Below the pieces are notes generated by a model. That model did no database searches. It saw nothing but the letters and a program-made list of their open reading frames with translations, and was not told the origin of the DNA. This document shows positions 1 through 8,806 of a stretch of DNA of 59,570 bases, piece by piece. The DNA is from a virus, in the IMG/VR virus record IMGVR_UViG_3300045988_154339. The stretch is one strand, 5' to 3'. Made by a program: the position numbers and the translations under genes. Within the stretch, counting starts at the first letter, position 1. Each line of letters begins with the position of its first letter.

Positions 1-55
1 TCCTTTAAGTTTATCTTAAATATATTATATCACACTTAAATTGAAAAGTACATCA
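1..55. repeat. Terminal direct repeat (assembly overlap); identical to 59516-59570
   Basis: TCCTTTAAGTTTATCTTAAATATATTATATCACACTTAAATTGAAAAGTACATCA is present at both ends of the window. This implies a circular or circularly permuted 59,515-bp unit. Confidence 0.95.
24..52 (-). promoter_or_regulatory. Promoter P1 (minus strand) for primase-helicase unit across the circular junction; duplicate at 59539-59567
   Basis: Minus strand reads TGTACT-17 nt-TATAAT with TGn extension (TGTGATATAAT). Followed by the conserved leader AAGATAAAC..AAAGGAGA and the ATG at 59506. Confidence 0.7.
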
Positions 56-331
56 TTTTTTAATACATTTTTGAATTTTTTTGAAAGTACTCATTTTGAG
101 TTTAAGTTTTTCTTTTATATCTTGAGTCAGAAAGTTCAAAAACTTAAAATGAAAACAAACGTTTACTTGAAAATTTAAGAAGTGCTCTTTTTGAGTACTT
201 TTGAAGACAAGTTAAAAAGTAAGTTAAAAGACTTAGTTTACTTTCGAAAACAGCTAGTGATTTTAATGGTATTTTAGAGATATAAATTTATTAAATTAAG
301 TTTTTTTTAATTACAGGAAAAAATAAAATAG

Positions 332-360
332 TTTACTTTCGAAATATATATGTATATATA
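332..360 (+). promoter_or_regulatory. Candidate plus-strand promoter (TTTACT-17-TATATA)
   Basis: TTTACT at 332-337, 17-nt spacer, TATATA at 355-360. Shares the TAGTTTACTTTCGAAA box with the minus-strand cassette. No gene lies immediately downstream. Confidence 0.3.
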
Positions 361-439
361 TATGGAAAAAAAGTTAAAACTTAAAAAGACCTCTCGCGAC
401 TATCAGTTTTTAATATTATATTTGAATGTAACTTAGTCT

Positions 440-571
440 TACACATGTCACACATGTCACACACGACATACACATATCACACATAACGTGTACGCACAAG
501 ACGCATACGACGCATGTGATGCGCATGTACATTATCTGAATATTCTCACGGTGTACATACACGTGTACGCA
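440..571. repeat. Alternating purine-pyrimidine (RY) tract cluster with tandem CACATGTCA x2 and GTGTACGC boxes
   Basis: CACATGTCA at 442-450 and 451-459. Runs of strict R/Y alternation of 9-21 nt (e.g. 551-571 GTGTACATACACGTGTACGCA). ACGTGTACGC at 487-496 and 561-570. Confidence 0.8.
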
Positions 572-603
572 GAAAATATTTTCGAAAAAGTGCATCAAAA
601 GGG

Positions 604-632
604 TTTACATTCGTGAAAAAACGTGATATAAT
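604..632 (+). promoter_or_regulatory. Promoter for the virion arm (TTTACA-17-TGATATAAT)
   Basis: TTTACA at 604-609, 17-nt spacer ending in TGA, TATAAT at 627-632, about 55 nt upstream of the portal ATG. Confidence 0.7.
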
Positions 633-688
633 ATAATTAAGAAGTATAATAGAACACTTCTGTGATTATACTCGAAGGAGGTCAACAC

Positions 689-2143
689 ATGCCCGGATTG
701 CAAGAAGAGATGCTTGAGCTCATGATGAAAGCTGAGAAACTCGGGGCAGGTAACGACTTCGAACATCGCGTCACAGACAGTGCACAGAAAATATTTGAAA
801 GTGCGAAAGAGAGTGTGCCGATGAAAGACTCATACGGCAACTCTCTTTTGTCTATCGGCAACAAAGAGGTGAGCGAGCACTTCTCGAATTACAACTTCGA
901 CAATGACACGCTCAACTGGTGGTTGTGGCTCGCACTCTATAACGAGAGCTGGGTGTTCAGACGTGTGATTGACAAGCCGTCACAAGATATGATACGCTGC
1001 GGCATCACACTCGCTGGCTCAAATCCGAAATTTTCAAACGTAATGCGCAAGCTTCAAGCAAAGCGCACTGATTTTATAAATCTTCTGCAATGGGGCTCGC
1101 TCTTTGGTGGCTCGATTGCGTGTATGTTGTTCGATAATTTTAGCGATGACGACTACAAACAGCCTATAAACATTGAGAAAGCTCGTAAGTCTAAGACTAT
1201 GCGCTTTTACGTCGTTGACCGCTGGTATGGCGTAGCACCTTCATCTGAAATAGTCGATGACATGAACTCAATCGACTATGGGAAGCCGAAGATGTATAAT
1301 GTGACGTTCGCCGATGGCGTTACGAAAACGATGCATCACGACTTTGTGTTGAGATACGAACATCGAACAGCGCCTAAGCTCATTAAGAACGGACAATTAC
1401 AGGGTTGGGGCTACGCTGAAGGTGCACATATCTTAGGCGAGTTGAGTAGAGACGAAAAGCTCAAGAACAGCGTTCAGAGTTTGATAGATAAGTCGCTTAT
1501 TGAGGTCATCAAAATGGCTGGTATGCGCGGCATTTTCATGGGTCAAGATGCTGAAAATGAAGAACAATTGAGAAAACGACTCGAGATGGTGAACTGGGGT
1601 CGGAATTTTAACAGCTTAACGTTCTTGGACAAAGAGGATGAATATCAGGAACACGGCTTTGCAGGACTCACAGGCTTGAGCAACTTGCTCGAGCAAAACA
1701 TGTGGCAGATAAGTGCAGCCGTTGAGATGCAGGGTGTGTTGTTCGGTGACTTGAAGCAAGGCTTTAGCAATGACGTTGATGCTTTGGAGAGATATGACGA
1801 GACAATAAACGGGAGATGTGAGAGCTATTTGCGGCCTGTGTACGAGAAGTTCTTAGGGTTGCTCTTTCAGCTCGAAGACATCGACGACAAGGTGGAGTTC
1901 ACATTTGACTCGTTACTCGTCAAAAAGCAGGACGAGGACAGAATTAAGGGTCTGAGCTCGTTCGTTGATTTGTGTGCTAAGCTTCAAGATGCGGGAGTTC
2001 TGACACCCAAACTCACAGGTCAAGCGCTTATGAAGTACGTCAACAAAGGCGAAATAAACTTCGGTCTCACACAAGACGAGCTCGATAAGCTTGACGACAA
2101 GTTTGAGGAAGAGTTGGAGAATATCAAAATGGGAGAAGACTAA
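689..2143 (+). CDS. Portal protein, putative (DUF1073-like)
   Basis: ORF 662..2143. The ATG at 689 is preceded by GAAGGAGG (674-681). About 485 aa and first gene of the virion arm. The family call is from recollection of portal sequences, not searched. Confidence 0.55.
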   Translation: MPGLQEEMLELMMKAEKLGAGNDFEHRVTDSAQKIFESAKESVPMKDSYGNSLLSIGNKEVSEHFSNYNFDNDTLNWWLWLALYNESWVFRRVIDKPSQDMIRCGITLAGSNPKFSNVMRKLQAKRTDFINLLQWGSLFGGSIACMLFDNFSDDDYKQPINIEKARKSKTMRFYVVDRWYGVAPSSEIVDDMNSIDYGKPKMYNVTFADGVTKTMHHDFVLRYEHRTAPKLIKNGQLQGWGYAEGAHILGELSRDEKLKNSVQSLIDKSLIEVIKMAGMRGIFMGQDAENEEQLRKRLEMVNWGRNFNSLTFLDKEDEYQEHGFAGLTGLSNLLEQNMWQISAAVEMQGVLFGDLKQGFSNDVDALERYDETINGRCESYLRPVYEKFLGLLFQLEDIDDKVEFTFDSLLVKKQDEDRIKGLSSFVDLCAKLQDAGVLTPKLTGQALMKYVNKGEINFGLTQDELDKLDDKFEEELENIKMGED

Positions 2144-2145
2144 CG

Positions 2146-2420
2146 TGGCCAAGAAAACGAGCATACAACGTAACACACGTTCACTTTACAAAGGCCGCTT
2201 CTTTCTCGTTTTCTATGACAAATTTGACGAAAACCTCAAGTACATGTTCGACAATGTGAGAGACATTCTCAAGTTCATGGGTCAGGAAGTCACACGACTT
2301 AACGTGAACCGCGTAAACGTTGAACTATACAGGGCGCTCTCAAGCAAGGAGCACTTTTGCAGGTTCCTGACAGGCGAAGTGTTGCGCGTTTACATGATAT
2401 CAAACGACGATGTCGATTGA
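2146..2420 (+). CDS. Hypothetical small protein
   Basis: ORF 2091..2420 overlaps the portal gene. The GTG at 2146 follows GGGAGAAG and the portal stop. Confidence 0.4.
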
Positions 2421-2449
2421 GATAAATAAGAGCAAAAGGAGACACAACA

Positions 2450-2872
2450 ATGGCAAAGTTCGTACAAATTCAGTCGGATGTGACGATTCGGGTCACGACG
2501 GGTTTGCAGAACAAGGACGTCACTAACCCTGACGCACACGTTCCCGACAGACTCAAGGTCAATCCCGAATGGCCTAAACATCAGGTGCTCATTCGCAAGG
2601 GCGCACATCGCTATCCCGCCGAAATCGCGGAATGGGCGAGCGTTAAGGCGCTTGCAGCTGACAAAATTCTCACCATTGGCTCGACAGAAGAGGTCGACGA
2701 AAGCAAGCTCGACGAGCTTGAACAGAAAGACCTCAACACTGTGACTGAGGCGAAGACCGAGTTCAAAATGCCTGACGTAAAGAGTGACAAAACGAGCGCA
2801 AACAAAACGGGCGAAAACACGGGCGGCAAGAAAACGCTTACGCTCAGCGATTTGGCCGGCAAAGGAGAGTAA
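2450..2872 (+). CDS. Hypothetical virion-arm protein
   Basis: 140-aa ORF with AAAGGAGA RBS. No motif recognised. Confidence 0.5.
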   Translation: MAKFVQIQSDVTIRVTTGLQNKDVTNPDAHVPDRLKVNPEWPKHQVLIRKGAHRYPAEIAEWASVKALAADKILTIGSTEEVDESKLDELEQKDLNTVTEAKTEFKMPDVKSDKTSANKTGENTGGKKTLTLSDLAGKGE

Positions 2873-2904
2873 CAAGCTCTCAAATAACGTAAGGAGCAAA
2901 GCTT

Positions 2905-3654
2905 ATGGCAAACAACTTCAAACCGTGGGTTGACTCACCCACAGCAGGACAACAAGTTCAGTCTGCATCTGTGTTTGCAACAGACGCTCAAAGGGTTGAC
3001 GGCTTCAAAGCTGGCGACCCTGCAAGCGCGTTGCGAGTCAATTCGGCGTTGAGACAAGCGAATATCGTTGTGGCAGGCTTAATGCAAATGTGCGACGATA
3101 TCAAGACGCTTCCCGACGGTTTGAGTTTGATGTCGACTGTCACACAAGTCAAGAACGCAATCAAGGCTGCGATTGACCAGCTCGACGCCACAGTGTTGGC
3201 ATCGGCTAAGTCGTACACAGATACGAGAGAGGGTGTGATAAACGTTAAGCTCACAGACAAGCAAAATCAAATCACATCTAACAAGAACAGGCTTGACACT
3301 CTCGAATCTCGCGTTGACAACTTGGAAGATGAGGTCGCAGCGTTAAACGGAAGCTCCTCAACACTTGGACAGCGAGTGACAACGCTTGAGGATGAAATGG
3401 ACACTGCTCAGGCGGACATCACTCAGCTCAAAGGGTATTACGAAGTCAATTTAACAACGAGTTCTTGGACTGGAAGTGCTGGCAATTATTCGTACAGCAT
3501 TCCTGCTGCAACACATAAACGCGGAACACGTCCGAGAGTTCATACATACGTTGACGGTGAAGAGACGTACGACTCACCGAAAATCGACTGGACGACGGGT
3601 AACGTAACAGTTTACTCGAACGCTCAGGTCGCATTGAAGGTGCTTATATACTAA
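2905..3654 (+). CDS. Tail fibre protein with central coiled coil
   Basis: RBS AAGGAG. N-terminus (DAQRVDGFKAGDPASALRVNSALRQANI) resembles fibre N-termini. Heptad-rich middle. C-terminal 71 aa are homologous to the C-terminus of 5350..6537. Confidence 0.6.
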   Translation: MANNFKPWVDSPTAGQQVQSASVFATDAQRVDGFKAGDPASALRVNSALRQANIVVAGLMQMCDDIKTLPDGLSLMSTVTQVKNAIKAAIDQLDATVLASAKSYTDTREGVINVKLTDKQNQITSNKNRLDTLESRVDNLEDEVAALNGSSSTLGQRVTTLEDEMDTAQADITQLKGYYEVNLTTSSWTGSAGNYSYSIPAATHKRGTRPRVHTYVDGEETYDSPKIDWTTGNVTVYSNAQVALKVLIY

Positions 3655-3669
3655 AAGGAGGTGAGAGCA

Positions 3670-4023
3670 ATGGGTTGTGACTGCATGGTCGAACTTAAAG
3701 ACGACTACGATATCGAGCTTGTGCAAGGCGATTATGGTTCGTTTTTGTATAACATCACTGACCAAAACGATGAGCCGCTCGATAATGTTGAGTCTGTAAT
3801 TTTTACTTGCTCTCGTCTCAAAACGCAAATTGAGCTTTTGTCGATAAGTCGTTCGCAATTTGCGCTTACACTTGACTCGAGTTTGACATCTGGGTTTAGC
3901 GCATGTACATGTACGTATGATATAACAGTAAAGTTTAAGACGGCTCAAACGCCTATAACAGTCATTCATAATGGCGGTCTCACAATACTCAAAAAGGAGA
4001 ACAAATTGAATGGCAGTGGTTGA
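3670..4023 (+). CDS. Hypothetical protein (fibre module)
   Basis: ORF 3661..4023. The ATG at 3670 lies 8 nt after AAGGAGG (3655-3661). Confidence 0.45.
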   Translation: MGCDCMVELKDDYDIELVQGDYGSFLYNITDQNDEPLDNVESVIFTCSRLKTQIELLSISRSQFALTLDSSLTSGFSACTCTYDITVKFKTAQTPITVIHNGGLTILKKENKLNGSG

Positions 4024-4351
4024 GAAAAGTTTTCATGCGACGCTCAAAAAACGAGAGCCTGCAAAAGTACGTGTTGCAACATTGCTCATTCAATCGAATG
4101 ACTCGTACAAAGGCGACTTCGCAACAATACAAGATTTGCAAAAGGCTTCGGCATTTACGGGCGACTACGCAGACGTATTTGAGACAAACACTCGTTGGAA
4201 ATACGTTGATGACAAATGGGTGAACACAGAACAACCTATTCTCGTCAATCCGATACTCGCAACAAAGCAGGACGTTGGTGTCTTGGAAGAGCGAGTAGCA
4301 AGTTTGGAGTTTGCAATCGAAAACCCGACGCTGCTTATAACGAAAATCTAA
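4010..4351 (+). CDS. Hypothetical protein (fibre module)
   Basis: 113-aa ORF with AAAGGAGA RBS, tightly packed between neighbours. Confidence 0.45.
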   Translation: MAVVEKSFHATLKKREPAKVRVATLLIQSNDSYKGDFATIQDLQKASAFTGDYADVFETNTRWKYVDDKWVNTEQPILVNPILATKQDVGVLEERVASLEFAIENPTLLITKI

Positions 4352-4373
4352 AATCTGCCCGGACCCAATACAT

Positions 4374-4381
4374 GGGGGGGG
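4374..4381 (+). repeat. G8 homopolymer immediately upstream of the RBS of fibre gene 4398..5327
   Basis: CATGGGGGGGGCGAAAGGAGACATAAAATG read directly. The run ends 2 nt before GAAAGGAG. Confidence 0.9.
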
Positions 4382-4397
4382 CGAAAGGAGACATAAA

Positions 4398-5327
4398 ATG
4401 GCAAGTTTGGAACTCATAACTAACCTGAAACTCATTGACGGCTCTGCCCGTACAAGCGTTCCTACGCCTGAAGAGCTCCCTCTTGGCTACATGTGCTTCG
4501 GTATCGTCAATTCGAGAGCCTCCATCTGGGGCAACTACGACGGTTCCGTGCACGACTTAGTTGATGAGGGACAGGCAAAGGTCACAATCGTTCAGGTAAC
4601 CGGTCAAAGCACGACCGCGGTCATATCTCAAAAGGGTGTGACGGACGCTATCGCGACTGCAAAACAAGAAGTCGTCGACGGTTTAGGGTCGGCTGCTTCG
4701 AAAGATGTCGGAACAGCGGCAGGCAATGTGCCTGTGTTGGACTCTAACGGAAAGCTCGTTGAGAGCATAATTCCTGCTGTGGCAATCACAGAAACGTATG
4801 TCGTTGATAGCGAAACAGCAATGCTCGCTTTGAATGCGCAAGTTGGTGACGTTGCTATCAGAACAGACGTAAGCAAATCGTTCATTCTGCAATCTTTGCC
4901 TGCTTCGACAGCTGCAAACTGGAAAGAACTGCTTACACCTGATTGCAAAGTCATATCAGTAAACGGCAAACAAGGTGCGGTCGTTCTTACAGGCGCTGAC
5001 ATTTCGACAAGTTTTACACAGGCTGCTTCGAGAGCAAATGTTGCAACAGGTGAGACGCTCGCTGTTTCGCTTGGTAAAATCGCAAAGTGGTTCGCCGATT
5101 TGAAGGGTCTGGCGTTCAAGGACAAAATCGTTGCAACGACAGACATTACAGGCGTAATTCCAGTGGCGAACTTACCTACGGCGACAGCATCTGCTAAGGG
5201 TATTGCGAGCTTTGGGAACGGCTTGAACGTTGCGAACGGAGCGGTTACTGTGAGAGCGGGTCAGGGCATTACAGTTGATGCGAACGGAATTGCAGCAGAC
5301 GTTGTTCTGAAAATTGCGACAATCTAA
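4398..5327 (+). CDS. Tail fibre protein
   Basis: N-terminus MASLELITNLKLIDG..LPLGYMCFG is paralogous to 5350..6537. Internal KVISVNGKQGAVVLTGADI fibre repeat motif. Confidence 0.6.
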   Translation: MASLELITNLKLIDGSARTSVPTPEELPLGYMCFGIVNSRASIWGNYDGSVHDLVDEGQAKVTIVQVTGQSTTAVISQKGVTDAIATAKQEVVDGLGSAASKDVGTAAGNVPVLDSNGKLVESIIPAVAITETYVVDSETAMLALNAQVGDVAIRTDVSKSFILQSLPASTAANWKELLTPDCKVISVNGKQGAVVLTGADISTSFTQAASRANVATGETLAVSLGKIAKWFADLKGLAFKDKIVATTDITGVIPVANLPTATASAKGIASFGNGLNVANGAVTVRAGQGITVDANGIAADVVLKIATI

Positions 5328-5349
5328 AATCTCAACAAGGAGGTGACAT

Positions 5350-6537
5350 ATGGCGTCGGCTGAAATCGTATCAAATCTTAAGCTCATAACATCCGGAAAC
5401 GTGCCGACTACGTCGAACCTCGGGAATGGCGAGCTTGCGTTTGGACTTGTCGGTGGAGTTGCAAAACTCTATGGCAATGTGAACGGAACGATTGTTGACT
5501 TCTCTGATTTTTTGCGAACGGCACCTGTCACTTCAGTCGCAGGTAAAACGGGAGCGGTCACACTCAACAAAAGTGATGTAGGTCTTGGAAATGTTGACAA
5601 CACTGCGGACGCCAATAAGAGCGTTGCACAAGCTGCTGCTTGGAAAGGTACTGACACACGAGATGTGAACTCACCTCCAAGCTTTTATCAACAAAGCGCA
5701 AACTCGATGAAGTCTGTGTACGAGTTCAAATATACTACGACTATTGAAGTCAACTCGCTTTTGCCTGACACATATTGCTATGTGCAAACGCTCATACCTT
5801 GGGGCAACTTATCTGGCGGATTACCTGTTCAGCTTGCAGCACAAGGTTATGGTGGCACAGCAAGATATGCGATACGAAGTGCGACAGACGCAAGTACTTG
5901 GGGCGCTTGGAAGAAAATCGCAACACAAGATGAGATTCCGAGCGTGCCTGTGTTGAGCGTTAACACAAAGACTGGTAACGTTGTACTTACTCTTGCAGAC
6001 ATATCGAGTGTGTTCGTTGGTGTCGATCGTGCAAAGGTTTCGTTTAACGTTGGCTCATTACCGACTTATCCGGGCACGAATACGGGCATTACGTGGGGAC
6101 CAAATGGCTTTGGTATATCACAAGGCATAAATGAAAATTCGGGCATTTGGTTTGACGGTGACGGCATCAATATGTGGTCGCCTTGCGATAGAGACGCAAT
6201 CACATACTATGATGAAGATGACGGATCGAAAGTGTTTCGAGTCACATCTACAGGTATTGTATATCGCAAAGACGGTAAACGAGCTCTTTATGAGGGTGAA
6301 GCAGGAGGCGGAACGCCTTACGTCACAACAATCTCGAGCTGGTCGGGTTCAAGCGGCAATTATTACAAGCAAATCACAGCTGCAACACATGGTAAGGGCA
6401 CATACCCAAGCGTTCACACGTACGTTCAGAACGGGAGCTTGTGGGAAGAGACTTACGACTCACCTGCAATTGACGCTTCCGGAAATGTAACGGTCTACAC
6501 AAACTCAGCTATCTCAATCAAAGTCGTTATCAAATAG
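5350..6537 (+). CDS. Tail fibre protein
   Basis: MASAEIVSNLKLITSG..GELAFGLV N-terminus. SVAGKTGAVTLNKSDVGLGNVDNTAD motif common in fibres. C-terminal domain shared with 2905..3654. Confidence 0.65.
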   Translation: MASAEIVSNLKLITSGNVPTTSNLGNGELAFGLVGGVAKLYGNVNGTIVDFSDFLRTAPVTSVAGKTGAVTLNKSDVGLGNVDNTADANKSVAQAAAWKGTDTRDVNSPPSFYQQSANSMKSVYEFKYTTTIEVNSLLPDTYCYVQTLIPWGNLSGGLPVQLAAQGYGGTARYAIRSATDASTWGAWKKIATQDEIPSVPVLSVNTKTGNVVLTLADISSVFVGVDRAKVSFNVGSLPTYPGTNTGITWGPNGFGISQGINENSGIWFDGDGINMWSPCDRDAITYYDEDDGSKVFRVTSTGIVYRKDGKRALYEGEAGGGTPYVTTISSWSGSSGNYYKQITAATHGKGTYPSVHTYVQNGSLWEETYDSPAIDASGNVTVYTNSAISIKVVIK

Positions 6538-6550
6538 GAGGACACAATAT

Positions 6551-7204
6551 ATGAAGACAAACAGAGGCATATCTATGCGAAGTCAAAACGGCTCAAACAA
6601 CATTGACTTCAATCTTGAGCCCAATACTAACGCAGGAATGCTATTCGCTCGCAACATCGCATCCGGTCAGGCACCTGTGCAAGTGTTGCCTGGAACGAGC
6701 GGAAAGCAAGTGTATGGCTTTGAAGCACCATATCAGAAAATGTTCGACGTTGTCGATGCAATCTCTACATCGGGAGGGGGGGGGCTTCCTACTAAGAAAG
6801 CGGTTGCAGATGCAATGTGCAAAACTACTTGGACAGGTGACTTGGCACTTAGAGCTGCATCGTCAAATACCAGATTTTCTGCAACGATGCCTGTTTTGTT
6901 GTCTAAAGAATATTATATCGTGCTTCATTTTACAGGTAGTCTTGCGTCATCAAGTAGCAGCAGCACGAGTAGTTCAATAGATTTTGCAGCAATACTTAAG
7001 CCGAGCGCAACAAGTGATTATAACGATACGAAAACAACAGTAAGTGTTGCGCGACGTATGTCTGCAAACATTGCTCTTAATGCGAACATCGTTATAACGT
7101 TTACATCGAATAATGTGTCTGTATTCGTGTCAGCGGTTGGTGACTTACCGTATGTAAAGTCATTATCGCTTAGACGAGTTGATATATTGACAAAAATAAT
7201 TTAG
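6551..7204 (+). CDS. Putative fibre-tip / receptor-binding protein (contains G9 tract)
   Basis: AGGAGG RBS. The MKTNRGISMRS N-terminus is paralogous to 7242..7799. Ser-rich tract. Position in the fibre block. Confidence 0.4.
   Translation: MKTNRGISMRSQNGSNNIDFNLEPNTNAGMLFARNIASGQAPVQVLPGTSGKQVYGFEAPYQKMFDVVDAISTSGGGGLPTKKAVADAMCKTTWTGDLALRAASSNTRFSATMPVLLSKEYYIVLHFTGSLASSSSSSTSSSIDFAAILKPSATSDYNDTKTTVSVARRMSANIALNANIVITFTSNNVSVFVSAVGDLPYVKSLSLRRVDILTKII
6776..6784 (+). repeat. G9 homopolymer inside CDS 6551..7204 (codes GGG)
   Basis: TCGGGAGGGGGGGGGCTT read directly. A +/-1 change moves translation into frames that terminate early (compare the overlapping ORF 6603..6980). Confidence 0.9.
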
Positions 7205-7241
7205 CCGCAAGCCTCTAAGGCTTCGGCCTTGGAGGTTAAAA

Positions 7242-7799
7242 ATGAAGACAAACGTTGGTGTACAACGTCGAAGCACAAGTGGATTGCCGATTTTCGATAG
7301 TCTTGCAAATGCTGTTTCGACAGTCGATAACTTGCTTATCGGTAAACTGACAGGTCCGGACGGCACGAGCTTGTCATTCAAATCGCTCAACACAAGGAGC
7401 GCTGTTGGTGTGAATGGTGCGGGATCATTACAAGGTATACGACTTGGTACAGCACAAAAGCTTATCGCTAATTATAACGGCGATTTGATTGCAGCATCGC
7501 AATTGTGTTGGTCTGGCACAGGAGGCATTGATCTTAATTTGAGTTCGGCAATCGGCTGGAGAACACCGTTGCTCATTATGAGCAAAGCGAATGGTTTGAC
7601 AGAAATTGGTTTTTCGTCAAGTAACAGTGGAACGCCTGGAAATCTGTGCAATTCTGCGATTGCGAAAAAGATGCCGAACGGTTATTGGTCGTTGATTTTG
7701 TTCGGAAACGGTGTTTCAATAGGCAGTGTGGCATCATCTACTTGTTATGTGAGACCGTCAAGCACAACGACGCAATACGAAATCTATTCACTTTTATAA
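7242..7799 (+). CDS. Putative fibre-tip protein, paralog of 6551..7204
   Basis: MKTNVGVQRRS N-terminus. GGAGG RBS. Confidence 0.4.
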   Translation: MKTNVGVQRRSTSGLPIFDSLANAVSTVDNLLIGKLTGPDGTSLSFKSLNTRSAVGVNGAGSLQGIRLGTAQKLIANYNGDLIAASQLCWSGTGGIDLNLSSAIGWRTPLLIMSKANGLTEIGFSSSNSGTPGNLCNSAIAKKMPNGYWSLILFGNGVSIGSVASSTCYVRPSSTTTQYEIYSLL

Positions 7800-7812
7800 G
7801 GAGGAGTCAAAT

Positions 7813-8442
7813 ATGACTTTGCAAGAATTATTACAGAATGAACCCTACTTGCGAACGGACGAGAAGATGACAGGCATCTATCTTGTTCCGTGTGGTAAGT
7901 TTGGGTTCACAAGCTTTCCGGTTGGGAAAACCGAACAGGTCAAGAAAACACGCAAGCGTGAATTGCCGGCCGACTTCGTGATGCCCGAAGGAATTTCGAA
8001 AGAAGAGCAGGCTCAAATCGAAAACGAGGAGTATGTCGAAGACGTATTCACACTCAACGAAAACGCAGTACTCGTAAAAATCGAAGATTACGAGGCATTG
8101 CTTTCTCGTAAAAAGTGCTGGTCGAACGGCAAGCTCGTTGCTTACGTAAAGAGCAAGGTCGTTGCTGACGCGGAGACATTGCTCGCCAGTGTTGAGGATG
8201 CTCGTAAATCGCTTGCAGATGCTCAACAATGGCTGAACAAACACGACTATGTTGGCGTCAAAATTGCGCAAGCAATGCTCTTTAATGATGAGACTGAACT
8301 TGCGGCAATGAAAGAGCAATACGCATCGGTCATTGAGACGGCGAAAGTCAAACGTCAGGAAGTCAACGCATATACGAAATGGCTGAATGATAACGAGGCG
8401 GCAATTCAGGCTGCACAGGAGGTAATTCAAAACGAGCATTAA
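7813..8442 (+). CDS. Hypothetical protein, possible fibre assembly factor
   Basis: 209-aa ORF with AAGGAGG RBS directly after the fibre genes. No diagnostic motif. Confidence 0.35.
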   Translation: MTLQELLQNEPYLRTDEKMTGIYLVPCGKFGFTSFPVGKTEQVKKTRKRELPADFVMPEGISKEEQAQIENEEYVEDVFTLNENAVLVKIEDYEALLSRKKCWSNGKLVAYVKSKVVADAETLLASVEDARKSLADAQQWLNKHDYVGVKIAQAMLFNDETELAAMKEQYASVIETAKVKRQEVNAYTKWLNDNEAAIQAAQEVIQNEH

Positions 8443-8500
8443 ATTGGCACAAACGCTCTATGTGAGAGTGATTACAAAATTAAATGAAGGAGAAACATAA

Positions 8501-8806
8501 ATGGAACAGAAAACTCTCGTCTACAAAGACAACACGTATCGCATTCGCAAGATGAACGCGATTGAAGCACTCGCATTACGCTCTGCATCAGACATGAAGA
8601 GTGTTGCGGGTGCAAAGCAATTTTTCACCGACGTGCTCGAAAGACTCGAAGTGCAAGCCGGTGAAAAGTGGTTGCCCGTTAAGCAGGTCGACGCAAACGT
8701 GTATTTGCCTGCCGGCATCGAAGAAGACTTCGCAGGAATTCAGGCGCTTGTCGAGTTCTTCATGAAGGAGTTCTTGACACCTTTTTTCGAGAAGTCCGCC
8801 GAATAG
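8501..8806 (+). CDS. Tail assembly chaperone (G-like, short product)
   Basis: 101 aa, lies before the tape-measure-like gene, and ends just after a T_TTT_TTC slippery heptamer. Confidence 0.7.
   Translation: MEQKTLVYKDNTYRIRKMNAIEALALRSASDMKSVAGAKQFFTDVLERLEVQAGEKWLPVKQVDANVYLPAGIEEDFAGIQALVEFFMKEFLTPFFEKSAE

Larger units (their letters stand above)
1..661. promoter_or_regulatory. Divergent non-coding control region between the two gene arms (promoters; candidate origin)
   Basis: No credible ORF. AT-rich. Contains promoter-cassette fragments in both orientations (TAGTTTACTTTCGAAA at 234-249 and 329-344; TTTTGAGTACTTTT at 189-202), a purine-pyrimidine tract block (440-571) and promoters firing outward on both strands. 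Confidence 0.7.

Noticed and set aside
416-598. 60-aa minus-strand ORF (MMHFFENIFCVHVYVH...) in the control region
   Set aside because: It lies entirely in the alternating purine-pyrimidine tract. Its Cys/Val/His/Met-rich low-complexity translation is a by-product of the repeat. It has no RBS.
3439-6534. Diversity-generating retroelement acting on the shared fibre C-terminal module
   Set aside because: The two copies differ by ordinary substitutions at all bases, not adenine-specific ones. They are only roughly two-thirds identical by eye. No reverse transcriptase ORF exists in the genome.
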